From positions 51,956,001 through 52,020,000 of the forward strand of contig NC_042997.1 in the NCBI RefSeq assembly GCF_006345805.1: a stretch of DNA of 64,000 bases, in the 5' to 3' direction. The translations under genes were made by a program, and so were the position numbers. Below the pieces are notes generated by a model. That model did no database searches. It was not told the DNA's origin and saw only the letters and a list, made by a program, of their open reading frames with translations. Origin of the DNA: Octopus sinensis (Eukaryota). Below are positions 25,738 through 35,485 of the stretch, one piece after another (positions within the stretch are counted from its first letter, which is position 1; every line of letters begins with the position of its first letter).

Positions 25738-26460
25738 AATCTGGTGTTGGGTTTGCTCTTAAGAATACATTAGTATCTTCTACTGACCCTTAGGTAGGCC
25801 TCTCTAAAAGATAGTATATCCATAAGTAGGATCATTTACTTGACCCTCACCAGAGAGACGAGTTTTAGAGAACGCAACTATATCAAGGGAATATTTCTTG
25901 AGCTCACATGCAATAAGTGCAGTACACCTTTCTGGCCTCTTGATGAAATTAACATCAAGAAGTGTGCGCACATTCCAACAGCCAACATTCAAAGGATGTT
26001 CATTTTTACTTTTTCTTGAAGATTGTTCGACCACAATGGCAAGATGACGACGGGGTCCAGCCTGTGATACACTGGGACACCTGCCGAACCAGACCTGTTC
26101 CCATGACGTTCCCAAGCCTTTTTTGCCATTTACTGAATCTGTTTGAGACATTTTAAAGTAAGTTACAAGTGCATTTTTAGGTTTCTGCCAACCAACCAAT
26201 TCAATGATTTTACTAAGATTTTGAGTACAGGAAGTACCTGTGCAGATGAATAATTTTCAGTGGGTGTAGCTTGCACTGCACTACCTCCACCTATTGGCCC
26301 AAGAAGATTTTCACCGGTGTGACATGAAAATTGACAAAACTAGGAACTTCCAAGGCCTCAGGTTTTATTTTGGAGATTTCCTTCTCCTAGGTAGATTACC
26401 ACCCAATGTTAAAGAGCTTCCACCTGCCCACGAGGTAAGCTATCCCATTCCAGACACCAA
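25738..26460 (-). mobile_element. 5' end of an RTE-BovB-like LINE (5' UTR + endonuclease N-terminus)
   Basis: ORF 25804-26199 contains LNVGCWNVRTLLD...RPERCTALIACELKKYSLDIVAFSKTRLSGEGQ...GYTIF. Confidence 0.8.
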
Positions 26461-26685
26461 ACCAACATTCAAACACTCTATAAAGAAAGAAAGGTACGAT
26501 ATGTGATTTGCAAATGTGAATAAGAATTCTATATACATATAAAAAAGTAAGAAATATGCAATAAATATAAATATGTATATAAAAGTAAAAATATACATAT
26601 AAAAAAATAAAAAAGGTACGATGGGGGAATAAGAATAACATATAAATAATATAGTGTAAAGAAAAGTAAAAGAAATGCAATTAAA

Positions 26686-26739
<54 letters not shown>

Positions 26740-26789
26740 AGGTAAAAATATATATGTATATGCATATAAGAAAAAAAAAGATATATACA

Positions 26790-27430
26790 TATTTACAGAC
26801 ATTTTGTTGGATGGCCGTTACGTGATCGATCAGTCACCTTCGGTAACTGAACTCTGGGCTTATGTGGAACATTTGCTGTCGCATTCAACTGTCGAGCGAA
26901 TCTGTAATTTAGACCGTTCCGCCTCTCTGAATAGGGAGGAGCGGACTTGTTTTCTCTCGGTAGATGCTGTTGCGAAGGAGGTAGTATGGAAGACGAGAGT
27001 TAAAGGAATTGCGACAGGCATTTTTATTTCCAGCCTCGGGTTAATGAACTTTTTCGTTTTCCACATGAAACGAAAAATAAGGTTGGAGAAGAAATGCATG
27101 TCGCGAAGTGTGTTTCGTAATAGACAGAAGTCTGTAGCAAGTATGTTGCGAGTGAAAGAACCTGTTAAAGCGAGAACAAAAAAAGGAAAAAAACAAAGTC
27201 TTCAGTGTGGGAATGTGGTTTGTGGGATCGACCGAGTCCTCCGCTCCATTTTCTGTTAATCATTCATTCGCATTTTATTGTATATATTAATAATTGTTTA
27301 TTCATACGTTCGCCCATTCGATCCCTTGACCCCAATATTTGTTTTGTCTGTCCTCGTATCGTCTTCTTTTTTTCTTAACCTTATATGGTGAATGAAGAAA
27401 TTGACTGTTCAGGAGTTCATCCGCCCTTTA
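26790..27430 (+). mobile_element. 3' end of a Tx1/L1-clade LINE (ORF2 C-terminus + 3' UTR) ending in (TA)n
   Basis: PSV.ELWAYVE.LL...AKEVVWKTR..F resembles the post-zinc-knuckle C-terminus of Tx1/L1 ORF2. T-rich 3' UTR. Confidence 0.6.
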
Positions 27431-27450
27431 TATATATATATATATATATA

Positions 27451-27572
<122 letters not shown>

Positions 27573-27705
27573 AACACACACGCAAGCACACACACAAACA
27601 CATACACACACACATATACATACATACATATACACACACATATATATATATATGTATCTGTGTGTGTGTGTTTGTGTGTTTGTGTGTTTGTGTGTCTATA
27701 TATAT

Positions 27706-27861
27706 AAAGGGCGGATGAATTCCTGAACAGTCAATTTCTTTATTCACTATATAAGGTTAAGAAAAAGAGGGGATGATACGAGGACAGACAAAAACAGATA
27801 TTGGGTTCAGGGGATCGAATGGGACGAACGTATGAATTAACAGTTATTTATATATACAATA
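27706..27861 (-). mobile_element. Second, inverted copy of the same 3' UTR end
   Basis: Diverged reverse complement of 27276-27430, ending at the same CCGCCCTTT-(TA)n junction. Confidence 0.75.
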
Positions 27862-28165
27862 TATACATTTGTTTTGAAATCTTCCCATAGATTGCTTGGG
27901 TCAAGATCGATACTTCCTATAGCACCGTGGAATCTTTGCAAGTTGCTTGATAATTTAAAGTTTGCAACATTTAACATTTTGGGTACCTTAGGACCAGACT
28001 GTCGATTTTTAGGCATTATCGAAAAATCTATTTTTCCATGCACTAGATGATAGTCAGTCTAGCTCTCTGCCCTTCTCATGGCCCGAACGCTAGAAACGTC
28101 TTTCATATCACGTTTTGTGATATATATAAACACACACACATACATATATATACATACAGACATAT

Positions 28166-28204
<39 letters not shown>

Positions 28205-28220
28205 TACATACATACATACA

Positions 28221-28252
<32 letters not shown>

Positions 28253-28303
28253 ATTACATACATGACTTAATTTTTCCTATGACATAATTTTTCCTCTCAT
28301 ACC

Positions 28304-28352
28304 GTCTCCGATGAAGCGATATTAATTAATATCCTAGAAACAGCTGTAAGAC
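28304..28352 (+). ncRNA. Minimal type I hammerhead-ribozyme-like motif
   Basis: GTCT-CCGATGA-AG(C)GATATT aatt AATATCCT-A-GAAAC-AGCT-GTA-AGAC. Stems I and II pair; stem III is palindromic. Confidence 0.65.
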
Positions 28353-28655
28353 CTATCTATAAATGCCCTAATATCTATACAGCCTTGGTTTTTTTTATCT
28401 TATTATGCAAAATATTCTTATATATTTACATACATATATCCTCTTTATCATCCTCTTAAGCTTTATCTCTCACCATCTATTCAATACAAATAATTTAGCG
28501 TGGCTTTATCTCTTGACGGGTGATATTGACCCTCAATGATATTGTATCTGGCTATGCTTCGGTATAGATTCACTCTCTTGTTGCCAAAATTAGATGGTTA
28601 ACACACATTTTTTTTTTCTTATTTTTTCTGAGACAAATTTTTAATTTAAGTTTAA

Positions 28656-28736
28656 TTTACCTGAAGAAAACAGGGTTTTCTTGATGTAATTGGTTTATTA
28701 ATCAATAAAAGACACGTATGAAACAGCTGTAGTGAA
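28656..28736 (+). ncRNA. Minimal hammerhead-ribozyme-like motif with long, poorly paired stem II
   Basis: TTTAC-CTGAAGA...GAAAC-AGCT-GTA-GTGAA. Confidence 0.5.
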
Positions 28737-28813
28737 TCTCAATCCATTTGTGTTCTTTCTTCGTACACACACACAAACACACACACACACACACATACAC
28801 ACATATACATATT

Positions 28814-30156
28814 CGCTTTGTATATATTAACACTTATTCATATATTTTTAGCATATATTGCGCTGAAGATAGAAGAAAATCTATTTAAGATTTTAATCTT
28901 GAAATTAGCTAATTTACAATTAATGTGGATTCTTTTTAAATATCTTCTGACTAGCTCGCTTTCAATCACATGTATTTATGGGGGTTTTTTTTTCGGTAGC
29001 TTCGTAATGCATGGACATTAATTCAATACGGAGGATGAATCTTGTTTTGACTTTTTCATTTAAAATGATTATATATAACATAAGGGACTTTAGCCATCTG
29101 AATGTGGCTAGGGACAGGGCAGGGCGGTGGGGGTGTTACTGATGCATTTAGTCCCAGGCGATCATCAACGTCACCAGGAGGGCTGACACCATCACGGTGT
29201 CCTCTAGCCTGCAAAGGGAGATCATTCCCCGAAGAAACGGATGCCACATACGGACCTAGGTTTCAAGGTATTTGCCTATTATCAACGCATGGCAGGCACC
29301 GCTCTCCGATGAATAACTCTCTGTGCAGGCTATATTTAAAGATTTTCACAGTAAATACATTTACTGATGTAGAAAATCCGTTCGAAAGCAATAATAATTC
29401 TCTAAACGAGATATAAACAGTAACTGCTCCATAACATAAGGGACATCAGCCATCTGAATGTGGCTAGGGACAGTGCAGGGCGGTGGGGGTGTTACTGATG
29501 CATTTAGCCCCAGGCGATCATCAACGTCACCGGGAGGGCTGACACCATCACGGTGTCCTCTAGCCTGCAAAGGGAGATCATTCCCCGAAGAAGCGGATGC
29601 CACATACGGACCTAGGTTTCAAGGTATTTGCCTATTATTAAATATATAAATTGCTTATTCTCATGCTGACTACCTGATAATTATCAGTAACGTGACTTTT
29701 ATCCTTATTTTATGAATATAAATAAATAAAATATTAATATAATAGTTTTACTCCTTATCAAGAACCCGCATTTTCTGCGGTTCTATTTTTTATATAAATA
29801 CACGTGGTCATCGTGTAAAGATTTTAATCTGATTTTTCGAATCTATACTTGCAAGTGTTTGTGTACAGACATGCAAACTCGCTTTGTTATGGGTATGTAT
29901 TAACACTTGTTCGTATATTTTCTTTTATATATTGCACTGAAGATAGAAGAAAATCTATTAAAGATTTTAATCTTAAAATTAGCTAATTCGTAATTACTGT
30001 GGAGTTTTTTTAAATATCTTCTCACTAGCCCAATTTCAATCGCATGTATTTATGAAGTTTTTTCGGTAGCTTCGTCATGCTTGGACATTAAATTCATTAA
30101 TTCAGTATGGAGGAGATAAGTCTTGTTTTGACTTTCTCCCTGAAAATAATTATATA
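28814..30156 (+). repeat. Diverged ~265-bp direct repeats (28814-29077 and 29880-30156) enclosing a duplicated ~205-bp GC-rich unit (29076-29281 and 29431-29637)
   Basis: Direct alignment by eye. The duplicated ORFs MASVSSGNDLPLQARG / MASASSGNDLPLQARG confirm the inner duplication. Confidence 0.85.
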
Positions 30157-30423
30157 TCTCTTATTATAAAAGGCAGATTTTATCTGCCTCCCTTTGGGAG
30201 TTATAGAAATCTACAATATAGGATTTCTTCAATTACAATTTACCTAGCATTTTTGAGAGTACAATGCATCGCGTCATGCCAGGTCCAGTTTTTAAAATTT
30301 AAACTCCAATTAAGCAAAATTTACAGAAAACTCACATTCTGGCGTGTGTGTCAAATGCTTTTCTTAGTCTGGTTTACACCACACGCAAACGCACACACAC
30401 AGTGGGCAATGAATAAAATGAAA
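30157..30423 (+). mobile_element. Helitron-like 5' segment (near-identical copy at 32007-32273)
   Basis: Begins A|TCTCTTATTATAAAA, the 5'-TC start also seen in the neighbouring Helitrons. Two copies. Confidence 0.55.
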
Positions 30424-30871
30424 GTAAATAGCGACAGAGTGATTTGAGGAAGACTAAAGTGAAAGTATTCTGTCTATGACGCAGATAGATTCATGAGTAA
30501 AATGTATGGGAAGCTAAGAGCTAAGAGTGAGTGAAAATGTTCTTGGAAGAGAGTAATTAGTAATAAAGTAAACATACACTCATACATACATACATACATA
30601 CATACATACATACATACATACATACATACATACATACATACACACACACACATACACACACACATACATACACACACACATACATACACACATACATACA
30701 TACATACATATACATACATACATACATATACATACATACATACACACACACACATACACACACACACAGTATTGAAGCTTGAGAACAATCAGATACATTT
30801 GCAACACATCTGTTGAAAATATTATTGTTCACACACATACATATACATATATACATACAGACAGACAGATA

Positions 30872-30917
<46 letters not shown>

Positions 30918-30974
30918 ATCCAGCATGGCCACAACCTCAAGGCTGAAACATATAAAAGAATAACAGAATATAAA

Positions 30975-31330
30975 TGTGTGCAAAGTACAAGAAATATTAA
31001 TGCAGTATATGGGGATTGGACAATAAGCGTAAGGCAGTGTCAATGGTGGTTCCAGAAATCCCGAGCCATAAACTACAGCCTAGAAGACGAGCCTCATCCT
31101 GAAAGATCTGTAGAACTCGACTAGGACATCCTGAAAACCCTGGTGGAACAAAATATCATCGTAACTGTTGAGGAACTAGCAGAGAAGCTTGGATTTGGTC
31201 ATTCAACCATTCATTGACACCTGTGTGCAATCGGAAAAGTCAGCAAATTGGGTCAATGGGTTCCTCACGAACTTTCCGAGTCTAATTGCATGCAGAGAGT
31301 GAATGTATGCTTTTCTTTGCTGTCATATCT
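30975..31330 (+). mobile_element. mariner transposase N-terminal fragment
   Basis: RNINAVYG..ISVRQCQWWF..SLEDEP..EELAEKLG..HSTI..HL..IGK..KLGQWVPHEL. Confidence 0.88.
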
Positions 31331-31352
31331 CACCACTACTGCGCTATGTATA

Positions 31353-31988
31353 TCTATATATATAAAACTGTAGTTGTGTGAGTGTCTGTCCCCTTCGATT
31401 TAGATTCCTAACTACTCCCACATTTTGCGGTACAGTTTAACCAAATTCGGGTAGCTTATAGTCGTGATTCATATCGAGCCCGTCTGAATATTAGCACGCG
31501 TCTACGATGAGTCTACGATTTAAAAATTAATTTAACATCATTTTTTATTCCATTTTAATGCATAATTTTTCGTGTGTCGATGGCGGCGGAGTTGGCGTCC
31601 ACGCTCACACCTGCACCTGTGGGGAAGGGAGTGTAAGGAAATCAACGTCGTAATGCGTTGTCAAGGAGACCAGTGTTCTTTTAGAACAACGACTTCATGG
31701 CTTGAAGACACCAAAACAGAAATGGCTAAGAAAGCGTCTACATGAGTCTACGATTTAAAAAAAAATTTACCATCGTTTTTTTTCCTTTTTAATGCATTTT
31801 TTCGCTATTATATAAGGGAAGTAACTCTCTAAAAATGTCTACGATGAGTCAACGATTTAAAAAAAAAATTACCATCATCTTTTTTCCATTTTTAATGCAT
31901 TTTTGCTATCTTTTGGCTATAACTCTCTAAAAATGCTTATATAGTTATTTCCCTTACAAACCCGAGCAACGCCGGGCGATACTGCTAG
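31353..31988 (+). mobile_element. Non-autonomous Helitron
   Basis: 5' TC after A. 3' hairpin CCCGagcaacgcCGGG followed by CTAG|T. Three internal GTCTACGATGAGTCTACGATTT repeats. No TSD. Confidence 0.85.
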
Positions 31989-32380
31989 TATATATATAAT
32001 TATTAATCTCTTATTATAAAAGGCAGATTTTATCTGCCTCCCTTTGGGAGTTATACAAATCTACAATATAGGATTTCTTCAATTACAATTTACCTAGCAT
32101 TTTTAAGAGTACAATGCATCGCGTCATGCCAGGTCCAGTTTTTAAAATTTAAACTCCAATTAAGCAAAATTTACAGAAAACTCACATTCTGGTGTGTGTG
32201 TCAAATGCTTTTCTTAGTCTGGTTTACACCACACGCAAACGCACACACACAGTGGGCAACGAATAAAATGAAACTAATTCACTTACTGTAGTGAGTGATT
32301 CTTTCACTCTGCCTCCCACTTCCTCTTTCCACACATAGACACGCAAATATATAAATAACATTGTAAGCTAACGTGCGTGT

Positions 32381-32417
<37 letters not shown>

Positions 32418-32528
32418 TGTGTGTGTGTGTGAGGGTGCGTATGTGTGTGTGTGTGTGCGTGTGCGTGAGTGTGTGACAGGAAAGTTTTTTACGACGAATG
32501 TAACACCTATATCCAAGTAGCAGAAAGA

Positions 32529-32792
32529 TAAGACAGTAAGGTGTGATTTGAGGGAGATTTGGCTGCTATTTCTACCATGTCTAGCTGCCATGTAGGGGTC
32601 TCCCTCATAGGCTCATACATACATATATACATAGATAAGACAGTAAGGTGTGATTTGGGGGAAATTTGGCTGCTATTTCTACCAGGTCTAGCTACCATGT
32701 AGAGGTCCCCCTCATTGGCTCATATATATATACATACATAAGACAGTAAGGTGTGATTTGAGGGAGATTTGGCTGCTGTTTCTACCAGGTCT
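32529..32792 (+). repeat. Tandem repeat, ~105-bp period, 2.5 copies
   Basis: ATAAGACAGTAAGGTGTGATTTG.GGGA.ATTTGGCTGCT at ~32529, 32635 and 32738. Confidence 0.85.
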
Positions 32793-32859
32793 GTTAGGCC
32801 TTCTCATGTAAACTCAAGCTTTCTCATGCCTTGAACATAAGACCAAAGCAGAGAATGTA

Positions 32860-33070
32860 TTCTTTTATTCTTCTGCTTTTTCCAGCCATTGGTCTGTGGC
32901 CATGCTGGGGCAATGCCTTGAAGAATTGTAGTTTGATGAATCAACTCCAGTTTTATTTTTGTAAGCATTGTACTTATTCTATCTGTTTCCTTTGTCAAAC
33001 CACTAGGTGACAGGGATGTAAACAAACCAACATTCGTTGTCAAGCAGTGGTGGAGGACAATCACAAGCAC
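32860..33070 (-). mobile_element. SINE family B 3' fragment
   Basis: GGCCATGCTGGGGCA...GTACTTATTCTATC matches the reverse complement of family B. Confidence 0.65.
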
Positions 33071-33112
33071 AGACACGCACACACACACATATACATGCAT
33101 ACACATATACAC

Positions 33113-33143
<31 letters not shown>

Positions 33144-33163
33144 TATATGTGTGTATATATATA

Positions 33164-33482
33164 TTGCAGCGTGGAAGGTGTTTGTAAGCCATTTAAGAAA
33201 CACACAAAAACCGTTACATTCACTTCAACATTTAAATTTAATTTGCCAAAATATTTTCCTCGCTTTGAGACCGCGACCTGTTCACTGACAAAAATATCGT
33301 GCTAACAGGTCGCGGTCTCAAAGCGACGAAAATATTTTGACAAATTAAATTTAAATGTTGAAGTGAATCTAACGGTTTTTGTGTGTTTCTTAAATGGCTT
33401 ATAAACACCTTCAACGCTGCAACTGTTTTCGTTCCAGCACACGATCTCAGATCAAGTCACTTGCTATGCAAGTACATCTCTG

Positions 33483-33486
<4 letters not shown>
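33164..33486. mobile_element. Fold-back element between (TA)n tracts, 119-bp arms and 21-nt spacer
   Basis: 33164-33282 and 33304-33422 are reverse complements with few mismatches. Confidence 0.9.
33242..33292 (-). ncRNA. Hammerhead-like motif with variant core GUGAACA (G3:C8)
   Basis: TTTGTCA-GTGAACA-G-GTCGC ggtctcaaa GCGA(C/G)-GAAA-ATATTT-TG(A/G)CAAA, taken as the consensus of both arms. Confidence 0.5.
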
Positions 33487-33566
<80 letters not shown>

Positions 33567-33629
33567 TGGTAAAAACAGTAAGATAACAAAAGAAAGAAAG
33601 AGACCTCAATATTATGTAAATAGAGGAAA

Positions 33630-34024
33630 TCTTTATATATAAAAGTGAGGTTGTGTGTCTGTCTCCTACGATTTAGATTCCTAACTACTCCCACATTTTG
33701 CGGTGCAGTTTAACCAAAACCGGGTATCTTATAGTCGTGATTCATATCGAGACCGTCTGGGTATTAGCGCGCGTCTACGATGAGTCTACGATTTAAAAAA
33801 AAATTTACCATCAATTTTTCCCATTTTTAATCCATTTTTGACATATATAAGGGAAGTAACTCTCTAAAATTTATTATTAAATCTCAGAACGTAAAAAGCT
33901 ACAGTAACACCCCTCTCCCTTTGTGGTTAGCCATATTGAGATGGCTATTATACTTTACATCTCTAAAAATGCTTATATAATTATTTCCCTTACAAACCCG
34001 AGCAACGCCGGGCGATACTGCTAG
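33630..34024 (+). mobile_element. Non-autonomous Helitron (shorter relative of 31353-31988)
   Basis: A|TC start and an identical 3' hairpin + CTAG|T. Confidence 0.85.
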
Positions 34025-34099
34025 TTTAATATATAAATTGCTTATATCCATGTTGACTACCTGATAATTATCATTAACGTGGTTTTTATCCTTATTTTA

Positions 34100-34174
<75 letters not shown>

Positions 34175-34176
<2 letters not shown>

Positions 34177-34567
34177 TTTTGGGATATGGTTTGCAAGATT
34201 CTTTATGTGACTTCGTGTGTTGAAACATACTCTGTTGTGTCTGGGGAGAGTCATTTTCTTTTGGTGCCTTTTAATGTAACACACTCACCGGTAAAATCTC
34301 CACTTATTTCTTTTTTTATTTTTCTAAAGTTTTCGTTGCGTCTTGCAATCTTTTCCATAGTCGTTGACTATTGAAAAGGTTGCAAGACGCAGCGAAAATG
34401 ATATATATAGAAAAGAGAAAAAAAATCTATCAGAAAGGAACTCTATCTCTCTTAAAAAAAATATCTTTTGATAAGCATAACAAATGCGCAACCGGTAAAA
34501 AGAACTTTCATCTAATTAAATACACTCTCCCTTACTTAAATTATTTTGTCAGCATTTTCTTCATTTC

Positions 34568-34570
<3 letters not shown>
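34175..34570. mobile_element. (TA)n-flanked element with a central hairpin (34330-34398) carrying a hammerhead-like U3:A8 core; partial copy at ~25628-25739
   Basis: 33-bp arms around a GTT loop. The right arm reads CTA-TTGAAAA-G-GTTGC aagac GCA(G/A)C-GAAA. Confidence 0.6.
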
Positions 34571-34618
<48 letters not shown>

Positions 34619-35069
34619 ATATATATATGCGTGGTTTAGTGGTTAGGGTAATGAGCTCACGATCGTCAGTTCAATTCGCGCGCGCAATGTGTGAGACGTA
34701 CTTTCACTTTCCGTCTACTAGATCCACTCGCAAGCCTTTGGTCGGCTTGGGAGGTAACTTGTGTCTAACAGACAAACTAGCTACAACCAACTGGATATCT
34801 ACTTTTCAGTTGTTCGTCTTACTAAAAATAGTAGTCATGCTTCCATCACATAAAAGACTACTAACCTTGAAGGGAGAACTCGCTGGATAATGCAGTCCTA
34901 CATTTACACTACAGCGAAAAAAGTCGTGATAGTCTTTGCTTATAAGGCTGTTCAAGAAAGGCTGATCTGGGGTTAAACATTAACAATGCTGGAAATCCCT
35001 AACAAGACGTACGTACGACAATAACATCCAAATTTCGTGAAAGCTCACTCTATCGTTTTAAAACTGGAA

Positions 35070-35229
35070 CAAGCATGGCTGGATGGTAAGACGTTTGCTT
35101 CCCAGTCACATGGTTCCAGGTTCAATCCACTGTGTGACACCTTGGGCAAGTATCTTCATCTATAGCTTTCAGCCAATAAAGCCCTGTGGGTGGATTTGGT
35201 AGACGGAAACTGATAGAAGTTTAAGAAGA

Positions 35230-35311
<82 letters not shown>

Positions 35312-35485
35312 GTGTTTACTTCCCCGTAACTTCGCAGTTCGACATAAGATTCCGATAAAATAAGTTTCGGGCTTAAAATTAAATAAGTTCTTAGGTCGAT
35401 TTGTGCAACTAAAAACCCTTCCAGGCGGTGCCCCAGCATGGCCGTTGTCTAATGACTGAAACAAGTAAATCATAAAAAATAATAG
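35070..35485 (+). mobile_element. SINE family B copy
   Basis: tRNA-like head, CCTTGGGCAAGT core, internal (TG)n and ACTGAAACAAGTAAA tail. Confidence 0.8.
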
